From contig OZ244170.1 of the NCBI GenBank assembly GCA_965216565.1, positions 4,128,001 through 4,192,000 of the forward strand: 64,000 bases of DNA. Direction: 5' to 3'. This DNA is from Bythopirellula sp. (GTDB lineage Bacteria > Planctomycetota > Planctomycetia > Pirellulales > Lacipirellulaceae). Below, in pieces: positions 28,543 to 37,707 of this stretch (position 1 is its first letter; each line of letters opens with the position of its first letter). The notes under the pieces were generated by a model. That model was given only the letters and a program-made list of their open reading frames with translations. It searched no databases and was not told the DNA's origin. The translations under genes and the position numbers were made by a program.

Positions 28543-29166
28543 ATGAGACTTTTCATTTTCATGGTCGCAATGATGCCTCTGTCCGCGCTGGGGCAGACCA
28601 GCTTTAGATCCACCCTCGATTCATCTCAGGTAGTGAATAACCCTTCAGACTCAACGGCAACGGGGGTAGCCACCCTCACCCTCAACGCCGAACAGACAGA
28701 GCTTGCTTATTCGGTCCAGTTCTTTGGTGTCGATCTCGAACCTGTTGCTGAGAATCGAAGCGATCCAAACGATATCGTGGCGATCCATATCCACCTTCAT
28801 GTTCAAGATGTTATAGGACCGCACATCCTTAACATCTTCGGCGTTCCATCGTTGGACGACGATGACTTAGTGGTCGACTATGAGAATGAGTCGTTCTCTG
28901 GCGTGTACGACGCCAGCGATGCCTCCCGCGACCCAAATACCGGCGCGGTTTTACCGCAAGCTTTTCCACTCACGACAAAACTCTTTCCAACGTCATTCCG
29001 GTTGCAGGAATTGCTTAACGGCGAGTGGTATTTCGCGGTTCACACCAAAGGCACGCCTGGCGTCACCCTCCGAGGAGAAATCTTTGTCGTCCCAGAGCCC
29101 TCCTCTGCACTGCTTTTAACGCTTGCTATGGCGGGCGGAGTGCTTCGAGAATTCCAACACAAATAA
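28543..29166 (+). CDS. CHRD-domain PEP-CTERM protein
   Basis: Signal peptide; STATGVATLTL, HIHLH, YFAVHT, LRGEI; VPEP + TM. Confidence 0.8.
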   Translation: MRLFIFMVAMMPLSALGQTSFRSTLDSSQVVNNPSDSTATGVATLTLNAEQTELAYSVQFFGVDLEPVAENRSDPNDIVAIHIHLHVQDVIGPHILNIFGVPSLDDDDLVVDYENESFSGVYDASDASRDPNTGAVLPQAFPLTTKLFPTSFRLQELLNGEWYFAVHTKGTPGVTLRGEIFVVPEPSSALLLTLAMAGGVLREFQHK

Positions 29167-29420
29167 CCTGAGCAGGTTCCTCATCGCAGAACATTCTGTA
29201 AGCCGGCTTGGAAATTAGGTTGTCCAGAGCCTGAGACATCGTCAATGAGGCGTCACTTGAACGCAAGGCAACATTCTGGGTGCCGACCCAGGGTGTACCA
29301 GAATTCAGAGTCGAGTTCTGAGGATCAAGTAGGTCCCCGAAGCAACTCTTGGCGTAGTAAGCACGCCTTGTAGGAGGCGAATGCTTCGTCTAAGAATATT
29401 TGTTATCTGACGTTGAATGG

Positions 29421-32400
29421 CTATTCATGCCGCGGCACATGATGGTTGTGTCCCAGGAGATGTCCCATCTCGTGAAATACTACGGACATAAGATCGTAGG
29501 CCCCATCTTCGCTAGGGTACAGTTCGGGTAGCAGGTAGTTCTCGAATTCGTCCCAGAAGTTTATCGAGAGTGGTTCTTCAGTGATAGAATAGCCGCGTCC
29601 CGCCCCGTCCTCGTCGATCCAGACAGTATTTGTTTGTGTATCGGCAATTCCTAGAAAGTCGTTGGGCAGATTCACAAGTTTGTACTGTGTGGTTTGCAGC
29701 TCGTTCAAGTCGGATTCCGGCAAGCCTGCAAGACTGAGCTGTGATAACGCCAAATCGACAGCAGACTCTAATTGCTGTTCTGCGAGTTTCTTAGCCGGAC
29801 GTGGATTGTCTTGAGTCGTGATGGCAGCGGTGAGAGGACCAGCAGGCAATACATCGATATTGATGTTTCCTAGTGCGACATCGCCTCCACCACCCGAGCC
29901 CGTATTTCCGCCGTCGTTGACGGAAATTGAAAGCAAGTCGACGTCTTCGCCCAAGAGCCCAGCACCAGGAAAGAATCCAATATTGGTGGTGACGTCGATA
30001 AAGGCGTTGAGATTGGTGATTGTTCCCGTCAGCGAGAGTGTATCGGTGTCGCTGCCTGCAACGGTAACGCCTCCGCCGTCCGTGGCAGAAAGATCGCTCA
30101 ATCCTGCGGACAGCGTGACGGTGACTAGGCCGCTTGCCGAGTCGACATCTGCGATATCGATTTGGCTGAGATCGATGCCAGAAAGTAAACCGGTAATTAC
30201 GGAAAGATCGGTAGGTAGCGCTCCAGCATTGGTGGGATCGTCGTTGACAGCCGAGAGATCGACGTCGATGGTGCCAAACAGGATGTCGCTTCCACCGCCG
30301 GTTCCGGTGTTGCCCCCATCGTTGACAATCACCTTGATGGAAGCGGCGTCGTCGCCGGTAAGGTTCAGCGCCCCGAGATACCCGACATTGGTAGAGACTG
30401 CCAAATAGGCGTTGAGTTCCGCCAAGGTGCCGGTGAGAGTGACCATGTTGGTGCCGTTGCCGGTAGTATCGATCGACGCGTCGACCACCACCTGGAGAAT
30501 ACCTGTATCGGCCATCAGGGTGACGGTCAGGTCGCTGGTCCCGGCATCGACATCGGCGATTGAAATACCGCTGAGGTTGAGGTCGGTGAGGGTGTCTTCG
30601 ACCGCTGCCAACGTGGTAGGGAGCGCTCCAGCATTGGTGGGATCGTCGTTGACAGCCGAGAGATCGACGTCGATGGTGCCAAACAGGATGTCGCTTCCAC
30701 CGCCGGTTCCGGTGTTGCCCCCATCGTTGACAATCACCTTGATGGAAGCGGCGTCGTCGCCGGTAAGGTTCAGCGCCCCGAGATACCCGACATTGGTAGA
30801 GACTGCCAAATAGGCGTTGAGTTCCGCCAAGGTGCCGGTGAGAGTGACCATGTTGGTGCCGTTGCCGGTAGTATCGATCGACGCGTCGACCACCACCTGG
30901 AGAATACCTGTATCGGCCATCAGGGTGACGGTCAGGTCGCTGGTCCCGGCATCGACATCGGCGATTGAAATACCGCTGAGGTTGAGGTCGGTGAGGGTGT
31001 CTTCGACCGCTGCCAACGTGGTAGGGAGCGATCCAGCATTGGTGGGATCGTCGTTGACAGCCGAGAGATCGACGTCGATGGTGCCAAACAGGATGTCGCT
31101 TCCACCGCCGGTTCCGGTGTTGCCCCCATCGTTGACAATCACCTCGATGGAAGCGGCGTCGTCGCCGGTGAGGTTCAGCGCCCCGAGATACCCGACATTG
31201 GTAGAGACTGCCAAATAGGCGTTGAGTTCCGCCAAGGTGCCGGTGAGAGTGACCATGTTGGTGCCGTTGCCGGTAGTATCGATCGACGCGTCGACCACCA
31301 CCTGGAGAATACCTGTATCGGCCATCAGGGTGACGGTCAGGTCGCTGGTCCCGGCATCGACATCGGCGATTGAAATACCGCTGAGGTTGAGGTCGGTGAG
31401 GGTGTCTTCGACCGCTGCCAACGTGGTAGGGAGCGATCCAGCATTGGTGGGATCGTCGTTGACAGCCGAGAGATCGACGTCGATGGTGCCGAGTGATATG
31501 AGTGTTGTGCCATCCTCGATCTCCACCGATAACGAATCGATGTCGTCGCCTGCGACATGCAATGCGCCGACATACCTGATGTTGCTGGAACTATCGAGAT
31601 AAGTGTTGAGATCACCAGGTAGTCCCGTGAGGGTTAAGGTATTTGTCGTAGAGCCTGCCGCAGTTACACTGCCTCCGCTTGTGGCCAGCAGACTACCGCT
31701 ACCGGCAGTGATGGTGAGTGTAATAACTTCATCGTCAGGTTCGCTAAGCAACAACTCACTAAGATCGACATCTGAAGGGAGGTCCTCGGTCGCATCAATG
31801 TCTGTCGGCATTGAGCCCAGGTTGCTTGGTGGGTCATCCACTGCCGTAATATCGACATTGACATCGCCCAGAGCAACCGGTGCCCCACCATCACTCACTG
31901 AGAGCGAGATCGTCGCCACGTCGTTTCCGGCGAGATCAGCAGGGCCCAGGTACCCGACATTGCTGATCGAATCGAGATAGGCATTGATCTGGGCATCAGT
32001 TCCCATGAGGGACAGTGCGCTAGTGCCGCTCCCGGAGACCGTCACTCCGCCCGCGCTTGAGGCGGAAAATATCCCCACATCTGCCGACAGCAAAAGGGTG
32101 AGTGATCCGCTATCGGGGTCAAGGAGTTCAACGACACTCAGATCAAAGTTGCCCAAAGTGTCTTCCACCAGTGACATGTCGGTAGGTAAGCTACCCGTAT
32201 TGGTTGGCAGATCATCCACCGCCGTGATGTCGACGTCGACATCGCCCAGTGAGATTGTGGTTTCCGCATCACTGAGCGACACCGAAATCGTATCGGCTGC
32301 TGTGCCAGATGCATTGAGGGCACTCGTGTATTGGATGCCGGTGATCGTATCAAGGAAACTATTTAAGTTAATGGGTGAACCTGAAAGCGTTAAAGAAGAA

Positions 32401-34244
32401 GTGCCACTGCCTGATACAGCAACACCTCCCCCGCCAGTCGCAATTAGAATTCCGCTAGTGGCTGACAAATCGAGACTCAGCACGTCGCCATCAAGATCAA
32501 CGAGATCCAATCCACTTAAGTCGACCTCCCCAGGCACATCTTCAAGAGCTGAAACATTGGCAGGCAACGAACCGGCATTCGAGGGAGCGTCGTTTACCGC
32601 CGCGATGTCCACGCCAAAACTGCCCAGCGCAATCGGAGGATTCCCATCGTTCACCTCCAGAGAAATGGTATCGACGCCGATACCGCTAACGTTATCCGCA
32701 CCGGTGAATTGAATGTTGCTCGCGAGATCTAAGAAGCTATTAATGTTTGCTGCATCGCCCGATAAAGAGAGGCTAGCTGTTCCGGATCCGCTGGCAACGA
32801 CTCCATTGGCACTTGTGGCGTTGAATGTTCCTCCCAGTGCAGATATCGTCAGCGTTAGCTGATCTCCATCGGCGTCGAAAAGTGATACATCGCCGAGATC
32901 CAGATTGCCGGCAATATCTTCGGTGACTGCCAAATCAGTCGGAATAGTCCCGGAATTGATAGGGGCATCGTTCACCGCGATGATATCGATGTCGACCGGA
33001 CTAAGGGCCACCTGCGACTGCCCGTCGGTGACCGAGATCTCCAGCGTATCGGCTCCGGCGCCTGCGATGTTGGTGAGACCTGTATATTGAATATTGCTCG
33101 TCGTAGCGAGATATGTATTGAGATTGGCCGGAGAACCTGTGAGCGACAAGCTCGTCGTGCCGGTTCCGCTGACCGTCACACCTCCGCCGTTGGTAGCCGC
33201 AAGTGTCCCGCCCCCGCTCTCGATGGTAAGTGTCAGTAATGCACTGTCTGGGTCGGCAAGCGTAACGCTACTCAAGTCGACCTGTGAGGCAACATCCTCT
33301 ACAGCAGTGACCGTAGTAGGCAGAGTTCCAGAATTGATTGGTGGGTCATCTACGGATGTGATCGAAAAGCTAAAGGTCTCTGTCAGAGGAACGACTCCGT
33401 CTTCACCATCGTCTGACAAAGAAAAATCAAAGCTGTCTGTCGTGATCTCAGCACCACTGTGAACGTATAAGACCAACCCCGAATCAATATCAAGTTGCGT
33501 AAACGAAGTGATGGGCGTGCCAGGGGCGGTTGCCAGTTCCAATTGGCCCTGCGTAGGACCTGCCGTAACGGTGTAAACCAAATCCGAGGCCTCATCGTCG
33601 GGATCATTTGCTGCAAGTTCGCCTGCAGAGATGACGCCGACGTCGCCTTCAATCAGCGAGCCACCGAGATTGTGGACTAGTGTTGGTGGATCGTTTGTCC
33701 CGACCACCTGAATCAATGCCGAGACCGCGGAGGTAAGGCCTTGGTCATCGGCTAGGATATAGTGGATGGTGTCGTCGATTGTCTCGCCAGATTCCAGGCC
33801 GCGGACGATTGCGCTGTTCCGTGGGTCGTAGGTGAAGCTTCCATCCGGGTTGATGTCTACGATTGCCCCCAGATCACTCAGAGCCTCAAACGATTGCAGA
33901 CTCACGATTCCACCGTCAGGATCAATGGCGTTTACCAGGACCCCTGGGGCCGCGATACCCACCTCCAGCTGATCGTCCCCGGGACTTAACGGAAACGTTG
34001 TACTGCCTGCCACCGGGGGACGATTGTTCTGGTCGGGTACGTTATTGGTCTGGATGAGCGTGCCGATACTTAGTGGATGATTGACAAATTCTTGCTGGAC
34101 GCTACCGCCGCCATCTGCGCCGAAAATATCGACACTTCCGCTACCATTAAGGTTAATAAAGTAGGTGTCGATCGCCAGCATGAGGCGGCATTCGAGTTGC
34201 TCGCAAGCGAGACGTTTGGAACGAGTGTGATTTTCTCGAGTCAT
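29421..34244 (-). CDS. Giant acidic cadherin/Ig-like repeat adhesin with planctomycete LExRxLL N-terminal motif and terminal HExxHxxGxxH
   Basis: KRLACEQLECRLMLA; VCBS/cadherin-like NDPP repeats; three near-identical 135-aa repeats; VFHEMGHLLGHNH. Confidence 0.88.
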   Translation of the reverse strand: MTRENHTRSKRLACEQLECRLMLAIDTYFINLNGSGSVDIFGADGGGSVQQEFVNHPLSIGTLIQTNNVPDQNNRPPVAGSTTFPLSPGDDQLEVGIAAPGVLVNAIDPDGGIVSLQSFEALSDLGAIVDINPDGSFTYDPRNSAIVRGLESGETIDDTIHYILADDQGLTSAVSALIQVVGTNDPPTLVHNLGGSLIEGDVGVISAGELAANDPDDEASDLVYTVTAGPTQGQLELATAPGTPITSFTQLDIDSGLVLYVHSGAEITTDSFDFSLSDDGEDGVVPLTETFSFSITSVDDPPINSGTLPTTVTAVEDVASQVDLSSVTLADPDSALLTLTIESGGGTLAATNGGGVTVSGTGTTSLSLTGSPANLNTYLATTSNIQYTGLTNIAGAGADTLEISVTDGQSQVALSPVDIDIIAVNDAPINSGTIPTDLAVTEDIAGNLDLGDVSLFDADGDQLTLTISALGGTFNATSANGVVASGSGTASLSLSGDAANINSFLDLASNIQFTGADNVSGIGVDTISLEVNDGNPPIALGSFGVDIAAVNDAPSNAGSLPANVSALEDVPGEVDLSGLDLVDLDGDVLSLDLSATSGILIATGGGGVAVSGSGTSSLTLSGSPINLNSFLDTITGIQYTSALNASGTAADTISVSLSDAETTISLGDVDVDITAVDDLPTNTGSLPTDMSLVEDTLGNFDLSVVELLDPDSGSLTLLLSADVGIFSASSAGGVTVSGSGTSALSLMGTDAQINAYLDSISNVGYLGPADLAGNDVATISLSVSDGGAPVALGDVNVDITAVDDPPSNLGSMPTDIDATEDLPSDVDLSELLLSEPDDEVITLTITAGSGSLLATSGGSVTAAGSTTNTLTLTGLPGDLNTYLDSSSNIRYVGALHVAGDDIDSLSVEIEDGTTLISLGTIDVDLSAVNDDPTNAGSLPTTLAAVEDTLTDLNLSGISIADVDAGTSDLTVTLMADTGILQVVVDASIDTTGNGTNMVTLTGTLAELNAYLAVSTNVGYLGALNLTGDDAASIEVIVNDGGNTGTGGGSDILFGTIDVDLSAVNDDPTNAGSLPTTLAAVEDTLTDLNLSGISIADVDAGTSDLTVTLMADTGILQVVVDASIDTTGNGTNMVTLTGTLAELNAYLAVSTNVGYLGALNLTGDDAASIKVIVNDGGNTGTGGGSDILFGTIDVDLSAVNDDPTNAGALPTTLAAVEDTLTDLNLSGISIADVDAGTSDLTVTLMADTGILQVVVDASIDTTGNGTNMVTLTGTLAELNAYLAVSTNVGYLGALNLTGDDAASIKVIVNDGGNTGTGGGSDILFGTIDVDLSAVNDDPTNAGALPTDLSVITGLLSGIDLSQIDIADVDSASGLVTVTLSAGLSDLSATDGGGVTVAGSDTDTLSLTGTITNLNAFIDVTTNIGFFPGAGLLGEDVDLLSISVNDGGNTGSGGGGDVALGNINIDVLPAGPLTAAITTQDNPRPAKKLAEQQLESAVDLALSQLSLAGLPESDLNELQTTQYKLVNLPNDFLGIADTQTNTVWIDEDGAGRGYSITEEPLSINFWDEFENYLLPELYPSEDGAYDLMSVVFHEMGHLLGHNHHVPRHE
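30217..31490. repeat. Intragenic 405-bp tandem repeat, about 3.1 near-identical copies
   Basis: Shadow ORFs recur at 30412, 30817 and 31222; copies differ at only a few positions. Confidence 0.95.
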
Positions 34245-34324
34245 CTGGATACCTTTCCCTGGGCATCATTTGTGGAGGAAATACACGTCTAGCCCTGAAA
34301 GCAACCGTTGAACTATTCGGTTTG

Positions 34325-35818
34325 CTAAAAAGCAATCACCAAGTCCGAGGCAAGTGTGATTTGACTGCCATCAGTACGATCGCCGAAAGCGCGGATGGTT
34401 GGGTCGCCACCCGGAACCGTAGCGCTGCCGCGGACATCCGACCAGTCCCAGCGAATCTCTGGCCGAAGCCAAATATTTGAGGTCAAGAAACAATTCATGC
34501 CAGCAGTTAGCGCAAAGTAATTACCACCCCGCAGCACTGGCCCACCGGGGTTGTATTCCACCGGCACCCCTATCCGGCTGTGATCTTCGTCGCGAAACCA
34601 TTCGAATCGAAAGGCACCGACATACCATTCGCTAGCGTCCCACAACAAGTACTGGCTAACGCCGTACCACTGGGCATGGTCGTACGACACTGTCGACGGT
34701 CCCAGGTTGGCGACTGTTACAGTATTTTGCTGACTCCCAAAAACTGGCGCAACGATATATCGCCAATGTTCTGAGAATTGTTGCTGGTAAACCATGTGGA
34801 GCGATACACGATCGTCAACCAGGGAGCGACCTCCGCTGATGATGTTGGTGAGATCGTCACCAACTTGGACCACGACTGAAAGCTCATGAACCCGATCGGT
34901 AGAACGTAGTGTCGTGCCCCCTACGATTCCCCAAGTATCAACGTTACTGTCCCAAATATCCCAGCCTTGGCTGTAACCCAGGTACCAGGTTGTTTCTTGG
35001 CGTGGCGAATATGCTGCGAGCGCTCCGGTTTGCGTGAAAGGAGTAGCAAAAGCAAAGGCGTAAGAATGCGAATAAAAGATGTTCTCTGGTGACGCAAAAC
35101 GTTCGTAACCGGCGATGGAGTAGAAGTGGCCCAACTTCAGGGAGAATTCATTCGAGTTGGCGGGAGCTACTTCTATATACGCTTGGGGCAGCGCGAGTCC
35201 GTATCGCTCATTCTCCGAGTTCCATTTGCGAGTTCGATCGTGGTGCCGTTCTAGCCCAGGGACGCTAACAAACTGAGAATCGTAACCGTACGTCGCGTCT
35301 ATTCGGGCCATCACATCCCAATTCTGGTAATCGTCCAGTAACTGGGATTCCGAAAATAGATAGTATTGGTTCAATAAGTATTCGTTAGCACGGTCATTAA
35401 ATAGTACGGGGCGATTCAACCCGTTGGTTGGTTGATCCGGGTTGCCGGTGTACCCTTGCGCTAGCCAGCCTCCCCACTGAATGGCGGCATCGGTGGTGTG
35501 ACCTTCATATCGTCGTTCATCTACAGCGAAGAGTGTCGACCCAAACTCATCGAGAATTCCGCTCGTTAGTGTGATACTCTCACCTTCATCTGATTCAGAT
35601 TGAGGCCGAGTTTCGAGAAAGGACGCCACAAAGGTCCCCTGTTCGTGATGCTCTATTAGGGGAGCCTGCCGCGGTTCCGTGTCTTGGTCTACGGACGAAT
35701 GGATCGGTGGTAACGGTCGGAGCAGATCGGTTGCTATCACACGTTCCAGGCAAACGAATTCAAGCAAACATGAAACGAAGATGACTACTTCTTTACGAAG
35801 AGAAAAATACCGACTCAT
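34325..35818 (-). CDS. Planctomycete outer-membrane beta-barrel porin (BBP2-like)
   Basis: FNDRANEYLLNQ, GLALPQAY, GHFYS...YSHSY...PFTQTG, RFEWFRD, LRPEIRWD; C-terminal Phe. Confidence 0.85.
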   Translation of the reverse strand: MSRYFSLRKEVVIFVSCLLEFVCLERVIATDLLRPLPPIHSSVDQDTEPRQAPLIEHHEQGTFVASFLETRPQSESDEGESITLTSGILDEFGSTLFAVDERRYEGHTTDAAIQWGGWLAQGYTGNPDQPTNGLNRPVLFNDRANEYLLNQYYLFSESQLLDDYQNWDVMARIDATYGYDSQFVSVPGLERHHDRTRKWNSENERYGLALPQAYIEVAPANSNEFSLKLGHFYSIAGYERFASPENIFYSHSYAFAFATPFTQTGALAAYSPRQETTWYLGYSQGWDIWDSNVDTWGIVGGTTLRSTDRVHELSVVVQVGDDLTNIISGGRSLVDDRVSLHMVYQQQFSEHWRYIVAPVFGSQQNTVTVANLGPSTVSYDHAQWYGVSQYLLWDASEWYVGAFRFEWFRDEDHSRIGVPVEYNPGGPVLRGGNYFALTAGMNCFLTSNIWLRPEIRWDWSDVRGSATVPGGDPTIRAFGDRTDGSQITLASDLVIAF

Positions 35819-36432
35819 TACAAACTTTCAGACGAGCGATGGCATCAATACCCTGTTCTGCAACAAAGAGACTGGTTACCTATAAGCAGCGTAGGAGTGC
35901 GTGGCAAAGAAGTAGATTCGGTGAAAAGAGCTCAGTGCGAGGGCGCTGTAAGCGTCGGCTCGCAGTGGACAAGAGCTGCTGGGTGAGGAGAAATACTGGC
36001 TCCACACTCTTGTGTCAACTTTGATCTCCATTTGAGAAAGTTGATATACGATGGGAACCTTGTGAAAACCCTCTTAATAGATATGCTCACCTAGAATTAA
36101 TATCGAGAGACTGGGTAGCCTGAGCATTTTGTGGTCTGTTGCAGACCGATTTAGCATGAGGTTAACCACAGGCCTTCGACGGTTAACCAACATCCCCTGA
36201 CGGGAACTCAAGCTTCTAAAGAATCTTGAAATAATAGGGAACGCGATCTGGAGAGGCTAACGATTCCTGGCGTCTGATAGCAAAGTGCACTCCACAGAAT
36301 AGCTAATTGAGGGGCTGACAGAATGTCATTGTGGGGCCGCCCACAGAAGAGCAGTAGCGTATATAACGCTAGCTATCGCTCGACATCTTTAGAGGAATTG
36401 GAGGAGCATGAACTTTTAGTAATTGCTCGAAG

Positions 36433-36506
36433 CACGCCCGGTAGGACTCGAACCTACAACCCCTGGTTCCGAAGACCAGTGCTCTATCCAATTGAGCTAC
36501 GGACGC
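36433..36506 (-). tRNA. tRNA-Arg (anticodon UCG)
   Basis: GCGTCCG-TAGCTCAATTGGATAGAGC-A-CTGGT-CTTCGGA-ACCAG-GGGTT-GTAGG-TTCGAGT-CCTAC-CGGGCGT-G forms a cloverleaf; CCA not encoded. Confidence 0.95.
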
Positions 36507-36659
36507 GTAGTGGATTCGTCTGTCAGCATAAGATGTCTAGTGATTTGCGACAAGTCATGACCACGAAATGCAAGGTGGGGATCGTGGCCGGTGGCCTTAG
36601 GTTGCTTGAGGGGAATTGCTGATGCCGGGGGAGGCCAGCCGCTATTGCTAAACAGTCGG

Positions 36660-36893
36660 TTACGCCATCGATTCCACGAGTGTGAGAAGTGCCATCACCA
36701 CTGCCATGAACACGGTGATCCACATTCCGAAGCGGACGGCATGATTGAGGATGGGGCCCATCTGCTCGTGGCGGGTCGCGGCACAAACCAAGCTAACGCT
36801 AGCGATCAAAGGCACCGCGTACAGCAGGTTCACTACCGCCAACAGTGGGACGATTGTGATTGAACTGTCGTTGAGAAGGGAAGCGAGCATCAC
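36660..36893 (-). CDS. Small two-TM membrane protein
   Basis: GTGA overlap with upstream gene; SLVCAATRHE motif between hydrophobic helices. Confidence 0.7.
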   Translation of the reverse strand: MMLASLLNDSSITIVPLLAVVNLLYAVPLIASVSLVCAATRHEQMGPILNHAVRFGMWITVFMAVVMALLTLVESMA

Positions 36894-37489
36894 GACGATT
36901 CATCCTCCGGCGCATTCTCTTCTGTTTGGTTGCCAGTCTGGGAAATGATGAGCGGACCGCCAGCGGCATCGCAAATTACCAGTACGTTGAGCAGTCCCGC
37001 CACCATCGTGAAGATTGTGCCAATTTCAAAGTAAGGGTGGTGGTCCACCGTCCATGCGGCCAATTCGTTAGGCTGCATCGATTCGTTATTCGAGTAATCA
37101 ATCCACTCAGTTCGTCGGTCGGCCGGGGGAGCCATAAAACCATTCAGCAATGGTTCTTGGTTGTTCATCACCCGATGCTTTTGAACGAGCATCGGCGTGG
37201 CAGGCAATCCTACGCCGAGCTGGCACCAGTGCTGCCAGCGGTATTGCTGCTCCCAGGGCACGGCAGCGTAAACAACTTTGCCGCCGCCCAAATACATGCC
37301 GTAAACGAATGTTCCCAGAATGCAAATGAAGAACAGAATGCCCTTGGCCGTGCGTCCTTGATAAATGTGACCCAGCCCGGGCAGCGCCCATGCCAGGAAT
37401 CCAGCCAGCCAGGGATTCTTTAGATCGATTTCGATCAAGTCTTCGGACTCCGTGGAGCCAACCGCATTGGGGATTTTCGTTTTAGCCAT
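36890..37489 (-). CDS. Conserved membrane protein (DUF6677-like)
   Basis: LAWALPGLGHIYQGR and GLLNVLVICDA motifs. Confidence 0.7.
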   Translation of the reverse strand: MAKTKIPNAVGSTESEDLIEIDLKNPWLAGFLAWALPGLGHIYQGRTAKGILFFICILGTFVYGMYLGGGKVVYAAVPWEQQYRWQHWCQLGVGLPATPMLVQKHRVMNNQEPLLNGFMAPPADRRTEWIDYSNNESMQPNELAAWTVDHHPYFEIGTIFTMVAGLLNVLVICDAAGGPLIISQTGNQTEENAPEDESS

Positions 37490-37707
37490 CGTTCAATTCA
37501 GGCCAATTCAGGCATGGTGAGGGGACTTGCTGAGTAAGCTCCCCATTGTAAGTGTGGCAGGTGAAAAAACCCAGAGCAGGTGGCAGTTGGCTATTGGTCG
37601 GTCGAAAACGCTATCAGTGCGACAAGAGGATTTCGCCGTCTCGGACGTTATCTTGGCAAAATTCACCAAGAATCAGACGTACCTCACGCACAATGCCCTG
37701 GCAAAAC

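Noticed and set aside
30217..31490. Possible CRISPR array
   Set aside because: Repeats are 405 bp, in frame, have no unique spacers, and no cas genes are present.
29818..33462. Plus-strand Ser/Pro/Thr-rich ORFs and the many other short ORFs opposite long genes
   Set aside because: Antisense shadows of real genes with no recognisable motifs.
36323..36622. 99-aa ORF
   Set aside because: It overlaps the tRNA-Arg on the opposite strand, so it is spurious.
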